A stretch of DNA of 64,000 nucleotides from an uncultured Candidatus Saccharibacteria bacterium. GTDB lineage: Bacteria > Patescibacteriota > Saccharimonadia > Saccharimonadales > UBA10212. The DNA is taken from assembly GCA_964448095.1 (NCBI GenBank), contig CAYUUT010000002.1, positions 27,959 to 91,958 on the forward strand. The letters run 5' to 3'. Position numbers and translations under genes: made by a program. The notes under the pieces were generated by a model, which was given only the letters and a program-made list of their open reading frames with translations, was not told where the DNA came from and searched no databases. This document shows positions 25,184 to 33,472 of this stretch, one piece after another. Every line of letters begins with the position of its first letter. The stretch's first letter is position 1.

Positions 25184-26476
25184 ATGCAAGATGACATTCG
25201 TCCATCGAAAAGCAAAAAAACTCCGCCCAACCCCGCTCATCAGCCGATGCGCAGCCAGCGGTTGCGCGGCCATAACCTGGAAACTGCCAAAGACCGCTTG
25301 AATCCCAAGCCAGTGGCCAGGCCGGCTGCTGCCGAAGAAGCACCGATAGTTTTAGCGGCCGCCGAACCCCCGGCCAAGCAAACGCCAATTAAAAAGCAGC
25401 GCTTTGCCTGGTGGCGCGATCTGAATCGTAACCTGCGTTTTGGCATTATCGCGTTGCTACTGCTACTTTTCGCCACCGGCGCCATCCTTTTTTATAACCA
25501 CAATCGGCCAGCCGGCAGTTCTTTTATATCAATCACCAGACATAAAAAGGCGGCCGCTAAAACCGTCGCTTCGCCGCTCACCGGCCTCCAGGTAGACCCG
25601 GCGCTAGCCGCCCGGCCAGTCACCGGCATAATGATAGAAAATAGCGACGCCGCTCGGCCACAGTCCGGCCTGCAGGATGCCGGAGTGGTTTACGAAGCTA
25701 TTGCCGAAGGCGGGGTAACCCGTTTTTTGACGCTGTTCCAGGACGCTTCTCCGCAATACATCGGACCAGTGCGTTCACTGCGGCCGTACTATATTGATTA
25801 TGCCGCGCCGTTTCAAGCCAGCATCGTGCACGTGGGCGGTAGCCCGGATGCGCTGGCGGAGGTCACAGACGGCAGTTTCCGCAATTTGGACCAGTTCGCC
25901 AACGGCGACTACTTTACGCGCGTTAACAGCCGTGACGCGCCGCACAATGTCTACACCAGCTTTTCCGAGATCGACCAGCTCAACCAGAGCAAGGGCTACA
26001 CCAGCAGCTCTTATACCAGCTGGCCACGCAAAGCCGATAAAAAGCTAGCCACACCAACCGCCAAAACCATTCAGTTGGCCATTGCCGGCCCCGATTTCTA
26101 TGCCAATTACACTTACGATGCCAAGACAAACACTTACTTGCGCAGCGAGGGCGGGGCGCCCCACCTGGATCTGGTCAACGCCAGCGACACCACTGGCGTC
26201 CAACTGAGTCCAAAGGTAGTGATTGCCATAGTCGTGCCCCTAAGCAGCGGCGCTTTAGACGCTTCCGGAGCCTACTATTCAAATTATCAAACCAGCGGCA
26301 CCGGCACGGCATACGTCTTTCAGGATGGCGGTGTTACTCAGGGTAGCTGGACCAAAGGCGGCACCAATGACCAGATTAGCTTCAGCGACGCCAGCGGCGC
26401 ACCGCTCAAGCTTGATGCCGGCCAAACTTGGATAACACTGATCAGCGGCGACAATATGGTCACCTACGCCCCTTAG
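25184..26476 (+). CDS. DUF3048 domain-containing protein (YerB-like), membrane anchored
   Basis: IMIENSDAARPQSGLQDAGVVYEAIAEGGVTRFLTLFQD and RSLRPYY. Confidence 0.6.
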   Translation: MQDDIRPSKSKKTPPNPAHQPMRSQRLRGHNLETAKDRLNPKPVARPAAAEEAPIVLAAAEPPAKQTPIKKQRFAWWRDLNRNLRFGIIALLLLLFATGAILFYNHNRPAGSSFISITRHKKAAAKTVASPLTGLQVDPALAARPVTGIMIENSDAARPQSGLQDAGVVYEAIAEGGVTRFLTLFQDASPQYIGPVRSLRPYYIDYAAPFQASIVHVGGSPDALAEVTDGSFRNLDQFANGDYFTRVNSRDAPHNVYTSFSEIDQLNQSKGYTSSSYTSWPRKADKKLATPTAKTIQLAIAGPDFYANYTYDAKTNTYLRSEGGAPHLDLVNASDTTGVQLSPKVVIAIVVPLSSGALDASGAYYSNYQTSGTGTAYVFQDGGVTQGSWTKGGTNDQISFSDASGAPLKLDAGQTWITLISGDNMVTYAP

Positions 26477-26570
26477 CGCAGTCCGGGAAGCTGCCTAAAT
26501 CTGGGTATATTTAGGGTCTTGGGTGTCATTTTCGAATATACGGAGCCAACTATGATAGAATTTGCAGAAT

Positions 26571-27473
26571 ATGGCTACTCAAAGAGATATTGAAGCGACA
26601 TACGACTACATGGATAGGGTTTTTAGGTTAAGCCTTGGCAATCATGCGGATATTACAAATGCTTTCTACGACGGCGATTTTAGTCTAACGCTTGAGCAGG
26701 CACAGAATGCAAAACATAAATATGTGTTCGATGGGATAAAGTTCAAGCCTGGAGATAAGATTCTTGACATAGGTTGTGGTTGGGGCCCCATGCTTGCAGC
26801 TATTAAAGAGCGTGGTGGCAAAGGCATAGGCTTAACCTTATCGCCGGCACAAGCTAAAGCCTGTAGAGCAGATGGCTTGGATGCTCAAATACAAGATTGG
26901 AAAAAACTAGATGCCAAAAAGTTCGGAAAAATGGACGGCGTGGTAAGCATTGGCGCATTTGAACATTTTTGTAGTATTGATGAATACAAAGCTGGCAAAC
27001 AAGAAGAGATTTACGGCCAGTTTTTCAAATTATGCCACGACGCCCTTGAGCCGGACGGGCGACTTTTCTTGCAGACTATGATGTTCGTCAAAACACCAGA
27101 CCCCGACAAGATCAGTGTTCGCGCAGCCAAATATTCCGACGACTGGGTCTGGGGGCACCTGGCAAAATATTATCCTGGCAGTTGGGCGCCGACAGGCCTA
27201 GAGCAGATAGTTAGGTGCGCAAGCCCTTATTTTAATTTGATTTCCGAAAATGATGGACGGCTCGACTATATCCAAACAATGAAAGAGTGGACCAAAGCCG
27301 TTAAAAAACCTAGCTTTAAAAAATTGCTCTTCCTGCTGACATTAGTACCCAAGTACATAACAAACCAAGATTTCCGCTATCAATTAGCGTCTAATAGATA
27401 CGGCTGTAACAGGTTAGCCTTTGAGCGCAATATCCTCTCCCACCAACGCATGGTTTTTGAGAGAAAAGCTTAA
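26571..27473 (+). CDS. SAM-dependent methyltransferase, cyclopropane-fatty-acyl-phospholipid synthase family
   Basis: Motif I is ILDIGCGWGPML. The layout is CMAS-like (HYD-type N-terminus, FEHF). The ORF track begins at TTG 26562. Confidence 0.65.
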   Translation: MATQRDIEATYDYMDRVFRLSLGNHADITNAFYDGDFSLTLEQAQNAKHKYVFDGIKFKPGDKILDIGCGWGPMLAAIKERGGKGIGLTLSPAQAKACRADGLDAQIQDWKKLDAKKFGKMDGVVSIGAFEHFCSIDEYKAGKQEEIYGQFFKLCHDALEPDGRLFLQTMMFVKTPDPDKISVRAAKYSDDWVWGHLAKYYPGSWAPTGLEQIVRCASPYFNLISENDGRLDYIQTMKEWTKAVKKPSFKKLLFLLTLVPKYITNQDFRYQLASNRYGCNRLAFERNILSHQRMVFERKA

Positions 27474-27505
27474 CGTCAATTGATAGAGTCTAGGATGCTT
27501 ATAAT

Positions 27506-27581
27506 TGGTGACCCCTGCGGGATTCGAACCCGCGATCTTCTGGATGAGAACCAGATATCCTAACCGCTAGACGAAGGGGCC
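27506..27581 (-). tRNA. tRNA-Glu (anticodon CUC), CCA encoded
   Basis: Acceptor GGCCCCT/AGGGGTC, anticodon arm TCTGG-TTCTCAT-CCAGA, T-arm GCGGG-TTCGAAT-CCCGC, 3' ACCA. Confidence 0.9.
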
Positions 27582-27732
27582 AGCACTTGGCTTTAATTCG
27601 CCATTAGCATAGCACATTTCGTATCTGGACAACAGGGGTAGAGCTGGGGCGGTTTTTAGTTTGCATAAACTTCCAAGCCAACAGATAATGTAAGCGAAAG
27701 CATCATGAAATTACAGATTAATCACTTTGGGC

Positions 27733-28989
27733 ATGTTGTTCAAGCGTAGTTCCAGCCCGGCAGGCAAGGGCAGCCAGGCTTCCTGGCTGGAAGGCATGGC
27801 GGTCAGCCGTCAGGTGATGAAGAACAGCAAAAAGAGTTCGGATTTTATCCTGAGCGTAATCCAGGATGGCGTAGTAATGGTTAACCGCGAGAACCTTATC
27901 CAGCTATTCAACCCCGGCGCCAGCGCCATCACCGGCTGGCCGGCCAACGAGGCGGTCGGACTGGATTTTCATAACGTCTTGCCGATAACCGACGAGCACG
28001 GCGTAGCATATCCGCCGGCCAACCATCCTTTTGCCCAGGCTTTAGCCACTAATAAAACCGTCCGCGACAGCAAAGGCTGGCTGGCTACCCGCGGCGGAAA
28101 AAAAATTCCGGTATCAATCATTGTGTCGCCGCTAGTTACCGACAAAGACCAGATAGCCGATACAGTAGTAGGCATCGTCCGTGATACCGCCAGCGAAAAA
28201 GCTGAGGAAAAGCAGCGCTCAGATTTTATTAGTACCGCCAGCCACGAAATGCGCACGCCGGTGGCGGCCATTGAGGGTTATTTGGCTCTGGCGCAGAATC
28301 CTAAAATCGCAAAGATTGACCCTAATGCCCGCAACCTGCTTGAAAAAGCCTCAGCCTCCACTAAGCACCTTGGGGTGTTGTTCCAGGACTTACTCACCAG
28401 CTCGCGCGCCGAGGACGGCCGGCTGGCCAGCTACCCTAAAGTCGTCGAGGTCGGCGAGCTAGTGCAGCAAGTGGCCGATGCCGGACGCTTCAACGCCCGC
28501 AAGAAAAATCTTGAGCTGCGCTACGTGCTTAGCAACGACAACGATGTCAGTGGCGCTAAAGTCGTCCGGCCGCTTTATTTCGCCAACGTTGATCCCAACC
28601 GCCTGAGCGAAGTCATGCAGAATCTCGTCGATAACGCCATAAAATATACCCCGGAAGGCTCAATCACCATGCGCCTTACCGGCGACGGCTCGACTGTCCA
28701 GATTCAAATTCAAGATACCGGCTCCGGTATTGCTTCGGAGGATATTCCTCATCTATTCCAGAAATTCTACCGGGTGGATAGTTCTCTGACGCGTAGTGTT
28801 AGCGGCACCGGCCTGGGCCTGTTCATCAGCCGCAAAATTATCGAGATGTACCAGGGACGAGTCTGGGTTGAAAGCGAACTCGGCAAGGGTAGCACCTTCT
28901 TTATCAACCTGCCACGCCTTAATACCGACCAGGCTCTGGCAACACAACGCCAGCAAAGCGCCAACTCTAGTCCGCTGGATACCCACTAG
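27733..28989 (+). CDS. PAS-domain sensor histidine kinase
   Basis: H-box FISTASHEMRTP, N-box LVDNAIKYT, G-boxes DTGSGI and GTGLGLFISRKI. Confidence 0.85.
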   Translation: MLFKRSSSPAGKGSQASWLEGMAVSRQVMKNSKKSSDFILSVIQDGVVMVNRENLIQLFNPGASAITGWPANEAVGLDFHNVLPITDEHGVAYPPANHPFAQALATNKTVRDSKGWLATRGGKKIPVSIIVSPLVTDKDQIADTVVGIVRDTASEKAEEKQRSDFISTASHEMRTPVAAIEGYLALAQNPKIAKIDPNARNLLEKASASTKHLGVLFQDLLTSSRAEDGRLASYPKVVEVGELVQQVADAGRFNARKKNLELRYVLSNDNDVSGAKVVRPLYFANVDPNRLSEVMQNLVDNAIKYTPEGSITMRLTGDGSTVQIQIQDTGSGIASEDIPHLFQKFYRVDSSLTRSVSGTGLGLFISRKIIEMYQGRVWVESELGKGSTFFINLPRLNTDQALATQRQQSANSSPLDTH

Positions 28990-29052
28990 GCATGGGCTGT
29001 AAAAATGATACAATGATAACCATAAGCGAAGATAACAGATTGAAGACCCCTG

Positions 29053-29865
29053 ATGCCTAAAATACTATTAGTAGAAGACGATAACAGCCTAAGGGAGATT
29101 TTTGAGCTGCGGCTGCAGGCCGAGGGCTATCAAACCCTGACTGCCGGCGACGGTGAAGAAGCCTTGGTAAAGGCTATGAAGGAGAAGCCGGATCTTATCA
29201 TCTGCGACGTTATGATGCCCCGGATGAGCGGTTTTGAGATGCTGGAGACCCTGCGCAATTCGCCGGACATGGCCGGCACTATGGTCATAATGATGACCGC
29301 TCTGGGGCAGGCCGAAGATCAAGCTCGCGGCGCTAAGCTGGGCGTGGTAAAGTATTTAGTGAAATCTCAAGTTACCTTGGAAGATTTCGCCCGCGTAGTC
29401 AGCGACGTCGTAAAGCTGGGCCCCGGCGCAAACGCGCCAGCCGGCCAAACGCCCGCCGCAACTAACGAAGTTTCCCAAGCAAATAATAAATTAGAAAGCG
29501 AGAACCCCATGGACGATCCATCAACTAATCCGATGCCCGGCGCGCCAACTCCGCCGGCTGGCCCCGCTGGCGATGCTAACCCCATCACTAGCCCGGACCC
29601 CAGCCCAATGGGCGATGGCCAACAAAGCACTGCTGACGAGCAAAGCTCGGTAGCCAGCCAAGTTAACAGCTTTGCTAGCACGCCAGCTACTCCTAGCGAT
29701 TCAGCTGCCCCAACCGTGGGCGGTGGAATGACCTCAACCGACCCAGTAGCAGCCGAACCCGCTGAACACGATGATGTGCCAGTGAGCACTCCACCGGTTG
29801 ATCCAACCACGCCAACTGATCCAGCAGCCCCGCCTGCAGATCCTACAGTTCCACCGGCCGTCTAA
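29053..29865 (+). CDS. response regulator: receiver domain plus about 150-aa Pro/Thr/Ala-rich tail, no output domain
   Basis: KILLVEDD, LIICDVMMPRMSG, MMTA, YLVKS. The tail reads ...PPVDPTTPTDPAAPPADPTVPPAV. Confidence 0.8.
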   Translation: MPKILLVEDDNSLREIFELRLQAEGYQTLTAGDGEEALVKAMKEKPDLIICDVMMPRMSGFEMLETLRNSPDMAGTMVIMMTALGQAEDQARGAKLGVVKYLVKSQVTLEDFARVVSDVVKLGPGANAPAGQTPAATNEVSQANNKLESENPMDDPSTNPMPGAPTPPAGPAGDANPITSPDPSPMGDGQQSTADEQSSVASQVNSFASTPATPSDSAAPTVGGGMTSTDPVAAEPAEHDDVPVSTPPVDPTTPTDPAAPPADPTVPPAV

Positions 29866-29890
29866 GCACAATTGCCTTTTAGGCAGTTAA

Positions 29891-29919
29891 AAACCCGCCC
29901 GCAAAGAGGCGGGTTTTTA
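29891..29919 (+). terminator. intrinsic terminator
   Basis: AAACCCGCC-cgcaaaga-GGCGGGTTTTT. Confidence 0.8.
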
Positions 29920-29946
29920 ACTGTTTCAAGATATAATGTTTATCTG

Positions 29947-31257
29947 ATGAGTAACGGAGTTTCAATTGTCGCCATAGTCGGGCGGGCCAATGTTGGTAAA
30001 TCCAGCCTGTTTAATGCTATCATCGGCCGTCGTGAAGCTATTGTGGCTGATGAGCCGGGCACAACCCGCGACAACGTTACCGCCAAAGCCAACACCGACG
30101 AAAAGGACTTCTGGCTGGTAGACACCGCCGGTCTAAAAAGCGCCGCTGACGACTTTGAACTAACGATCCAACAGCAAATTAGCGAAGCCGCCGCCAGCGC
30201 CGATGTGATCTTAGTAGTAACCGAGGCTAATGTTCCGGTCACGGAAGAGGATAGGCGGATAGCCAAACTGGCGCTAAAGACCAAAAAACCGGTGCTGCTA
30301 GTAATCAATAAAGCCGACAAAAATTCACGCTTAGATTTCAATGACTGGCTCAAACTGGGCATTAAACCGGTGTTTGCCACCAGCGCCAGCCAGAAAAGGG
30401 GCATTTTGGAGCTTTTAGAGGGCCTTGGGGGCCATTTACCCCATAAAACCATAAAAGACCACAAGCACTTTAGTGTAGCCCTCCTGGGACGCCCAAATGT
30501 CGGCAAGTCGGCATTATTCAATAGCTTAAGCAATAAACAGCAGGCAATCGTGTCATCTAGAGCCGGAACCACCAGAGATGTCAACCGCTCCAGGGTTAGA
30601 TACCATGAACAGGAAATTGAGCTGATGGATACTGCGGGCATCCGCCGCAGCGGCAAAATCGAGCGCGGCGTCGAACAGTTTAGCGTACTGCGCACTATAG
30701 CGGCCATTGAAGAAGCTGATGTCTGCTTAGTCTTATTGGACGTAAATGAATTAGGCGTCCAACTGGACCAAAAAATTGCCGGCATGGTCGTGGAGGCTGG
30801 CAAGGGTTTGGTGCTGGTCGTCAGTAAGTGGGATGCGTTAGATAAGGACGCTTATACTCGTGACCAGCTGGCCAAACGCATCAGTGGCGAGTTTGTATTT
30901 GTACCGTGGGCGCCGTTGATATTTACCAGCGCCGTAACCGGTCAAAATGTTACTAAGATTTTTGACTTAGTAACGGAAATATCCGCGGCCCGTAAAACCA
31001 GGTTCAAAACCAGCGAGCTCAACCAGTGGCTGCGCCGCAGCGTCGACGCCCACCCGCCAGCCGGTTTGAAAAATCGGGCGCCCAAGCTCAACTATGTCGT
31101 TCAGGAAGACGACCAGGGCATGCCTAATTTCAAGATTTTTGGCGCTCACACTAAATTCCTGCACTGGAGTTATAAAAGATACTTGGACCGGACTTTCCGC
31201 GAACAGTGGCCAATGATTGGCACGCCCTTAAAGTTCTGGTTCATTGAAAAGCATTAG
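29947..31257 (+). CDS. der: ribosome-associated GTPase Der (EngA)
   Basis: Two GTPase domains (GRANVGKSSLFN and GRPNVGKSALFN; DTAG x2; NKAD / SKWD). Start moved to ATG 29947, downstream of the terminator. Confidence 0.9.
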   Translation: MSNGVSIVAIVGRANVGKSSLFNAIIGRREAIVADEPGTTRDNVTAKANTDEKDFWLVDTAGLKSAADDFELTIQQQISEAAASADVILVVTEANVPVTEEDRRIAKLALKTKKPVLLVINKADKNSRLDFNDWLKLGIKPVFATSASQKRGILELLEGLGGHLPHKTIKDHKHFSVALLGRPNVGKSALFNSLSNKQQAIVSSRAGTTRDVNRSRVRYHEQEIELMDTAGIRRSGKIERGVEQFSVLRTIAAIEEADVCLVLLDVNELGVQLDQKIAGMVVEAGKGLVLVVSKWDALDKDAYTRDQLAKRISGEFVFVPWAPLIFTSAVTGQNVTKIFDLVTEISAARKTRFKTSELNQWLRRSVDAHPPAGLKNRAPKLNYVVQEDDQGMPNFKIFGAHTKFLHWSYKRYLDRTFREQWPMIGTPLKFWFIEKH

Positions 31258-31272
31258 GTTTAGAATAAATTA

Positions 31273-31908
31273 ATGGCGTTATTTCAAAAAAGACCCGATA
31301 CCAGCAGCCGAGTACCGCTTTATAGCGTCGGTGCCCATAAGACCGTACTAATTATCGGCTTGGGCAATCCGGAGAAAAAGTACGATGGTACACGTCACAA
31401 TATAGGTTTTGCTGTGCTGGATGAATTCGCTAAACAGAACGATTTTCCGGAGTGGATAGTCAAAAAGGACCTGAAATGTCACCTAGCCAGCCTCACTATG
31501 GGAGAAAACCGGGTGGTCTTATGCAAGCCGACAACCTTTGTGAATAACAGCGGTGAGGCCGCCCAGGCGGTGCAGCATTTTTACCGGGTTTATAATGGGC
31601 AGACGCTGGTGGTTTATGATGAACTGGCCATTCCGTTCGGCCAACTTCGTAGCCGCCTGGGTGGCAGTGACGCCGGCCATAACGGTGTTAAATCACTTAC
31701 TCAGCATATTGGCGACGATTATGGCCGGCTGCGCGTCGGCATCGGCAATGAAATAGCCGAAAAGGCCGATGCTGCCGGCTTTGTACTGGGCAAATTCAGC
31801 AAAGAAGAGCAGGGCAAATTACCGGGAATTATCAAAGAAGCCGGCGTTTTAATTACTGAATATATATTTAGCGGCCAACTGGATCCCGACACCCGTACAA
31901 TCGCCTAA
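31273..31908 (+). CDS. pth: peptidyl-tRNA hydrolase
   Basis: LIIGLGNPEKKYDGTRHNIGF and GHNG. Confidence 0.9.
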   Translation: MALFQKRPDTSSRVPLYSVGAHKTVLIIGLGNPEKKYDGTRHNIGFAVLDEFAKQNDFPEWIVKKDLKCHLASLTMGENRVVLCKPTTFVNNSGEAAQAVQHFYRVYNGQTLVVYDELAIPFGQLRSRLGGSDAGHNGVKSLTQHIGDDYGRLRVGIGNEIAEKADAAGFVLGKFSKEEQGKLPGIIKEAGVLITEYIFSGQLDPDTRTIA

Positions 31909-31920
31909 AATCTTAGAAAC

Positions 31921-32330
31921 CTAAAAGCCTCCAGAGGGGGTGGGCACCGCTGGAGGCTATTACACCCTTCAACCCACCGTAAGCGAAGCTGCGAAAACTG
32001 CTAAAAAGCAAAGTTATTCGAGCCGGTACTAATCCGAAGATTAGAACGCATTCCGTGAGAAACTCGCTTACCCACGTTGAACGGGGAGAGAGTTAAAGGG
32101 GTTAGTTTGCTTAAGAGCCCGGACCCTTTTTGCTATTTCTTAGCTTAACCATTTGTAATGCAAGCGCCTGGCTTTTATACTAAGAAACAAGAAAAAGGGG
32201 CCGGATTGAACGTTTAAGTGGAGGGTATCAACTTAGACGTCCATAACTCTTAAACAATCTAACAAATGTTAGAAATGGGGGTATAAGGTACGTAAGTTTC
32301 CACTAATGAAACTTACAGATTGCAATTTTA
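31921..32330 (-). ncRNA. unassigned structured RNA candidate (strand and ends tentative)
   Basis: 460-bp ORF-free gap. It contains a UUCG-capped 6-bp hairpin (32029-32044), a 9-bp hairpin (32291-32315), a long-range helix (32000-32013 with 32126-32144), and an interleaved pseudoknot-capable 3' end followed by U4 on the minus strand. Confidence 0.35.
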
Positions 32331-32372
32331 GCAAAAAAGTGTCCTGAAGTCAAGACTAAAAAATATACCGCA

Positions 32373-33236
32373 ATGAAAGTCAATACTCTTACGCTTAACG
32401 GTCCTGGTTATCCGGCAATCCTGAAGGATATCCACCAACCGCCAAAACAGTTATTTTATATTGGAGCCCCGCCTGCGCAGTGGCTCGGCCGCCCCAAAGT
32501 AGCGGTTGTTGGCAGCCGCAAAATGACGAGCTACGGTAAGGCGGTGACCGAAAGCCTGGTGTCGGAACTGGCTAGGGCGGGGATTGTGATTGTCAGCGGC
32601 TTGGCTTACGGCATCGACGCCACAGCCCACCGGGCAGCCCTGGACGCCGGCGGTCTGACGGTTGCGGTTTTGGGAACCAGTGTTACAGACATTTCACCCT
32701 CTGGCCATATTGGATTAGCTCAGGAAATTATTAACCATGGAGGGACAATTCTTAGCGAATACGCCGCCGGCAGCCCGGCTTTTGCCGGCAACTTCGTCAT
32801 TCGCAACCGGATAGTTAGCGGCCTCTGTGACATTCTTCTAGTCACCGAGGCCGCGCTAAAGAGTGGCAGTCTACACACAGCCCGTTTCGCGCTGGAGCAG
32901 GGAAAGACGGTCATGACCGTACCTGGTAGCATTCTCACCCCTAGCAGCGAAGGCTGCAACAACTTAATTAAAAGTGGCGCTATTCCGGTAACGGATGCAG
33001 AAGATGTTTTCTTCGCCCTCAAAATCAATCCAGGTAAGCAAAAACTCGCCCTTGAGTTTCATGGTACAGACGAAGAAGAGCAAATCTTGCAACTAATCAG
33101 GGATGGCCTTGCCGGTCAGGAAGAGCTAGCTCTAGCTTCCGGCCTGGACGGCTCACAGATTGCCGGCACGCTGACCAGCCTAGAACTGCGCGGCCATATC
33201 CGCCCAGCCGGTTCGGGCAACTGGCTCGCGAACTAG
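32373..33236 (+). CDS. dprA: DNA-processing protein DprA
   Basis: VVGSRKMTSYGKAV...IVSGLAYGIDATAHRAAL. Confidence 0.85.
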   Translation: MKVNTLTLNGPGYPAILKDIHQPPKQLFYIGAPPAQWLGRPKVAVVGSRKMTSYGKAVTESLVSELARAGIVIVSGLAYGIDATAHRAALDAGGLTVAVLGTSVTDISPSGHIGLAQEIINHGGTILSEYAAGSPAFAGNFVIRNRIVSGLCDILLVTEAALKSGSLHTARFALEQGKTVMTVPGSILTPSSEGCNNLIKSGAIPVTDAEDVFFALKINPGKQKLALEFHGTDEEEQILQLIRDGLAGQEELALASGLDGSQIAGTLTSLELRGHIRPAGSGNWLAN

Positions 33237-33297
33237 CACGAGCCCCTAACTTTCCGCCGGACTCGAGACGAGCCTAAAGTCCTTTGTTGAGCGAGCC

Positions 33298-33416
33298 CTA
33301 CTTTCGACAGAGATTCAACGGAGGCGCAGCCGGTTGGGTGCTGAGCGGAGATGCGATGATTCTTTCGCAGCTCAGGCGAAGCACCCTCCGCGCGTGAGCG
33401 GCTCTGGAGAGAGTAG
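33298..33416 (-). repeat. conserved structured intergenic element, copy B (inverted orientation)
   Basis: The reverse complement shares CCGCTCACGCGCGGAGG, TGCTTCGCCTGAGCTGC and the 27-nt block GCATCTCCGCTCAGCACCCAACCGGCT with copy C. Confidence 0.75.
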
Positions 33417-33472
33417 CGTGAGCGGCGGTTGCATATATAGGTAAAGGCCTTTACACTGGGCATTTGAAATCT

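Noticed and set aside
29940-30803. Long antisense ORFs inside well-supported genes: 287 aa opposite der, 276 aa and 204 aa opposite the ATPase at 37404..38234 and 38724..39338, 160 aa opposite metK, 170 aa opposite GH1, 186 aa opposite the SDR, and 163 aa opposite the PBP.
   Set aside because: The sense-strand proteins carry unambiguous family motifs. The antisense translations are low-complexity (Ser/Ala/Arg/Leu-rich), as expected for shadow ORFs in moderately GC-rich coding DNA.
31909-32372. tmRNA or canonical RNase P RNA in the pth-dprA gap.
   Set aside because: tmRNA is rejected. I find no GGGG...UUCGAC 5' end, no tRNA-like T-arm or CCA 3' end, and no plausible tag ORF ending in hydrophobic residues on either strand. 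RNase P is not supported either. The CR-I-like and CR-V-like strings exist but are about 90 nt apart. The flanking helix topology (no P2/P3, no S-domain) and the order of other weak matches do not fit type A or type B. The region is kept as an unassigned RNA candidate.
33233-33463. A 76-aa ORF here, and the N-terminal part of the 130-aa ORF at 58233..58625, show similar peptide strings (GASPEL...ISAQHPTG).
   Set aside because: The similarity comes from the shared nucleotide repeat. Copy A has an in-frame stop in the same register. The 58233..58625 ORF also runs antisense through the MBL hydrolase gene. I treat it as a structured repeat, not a gene.
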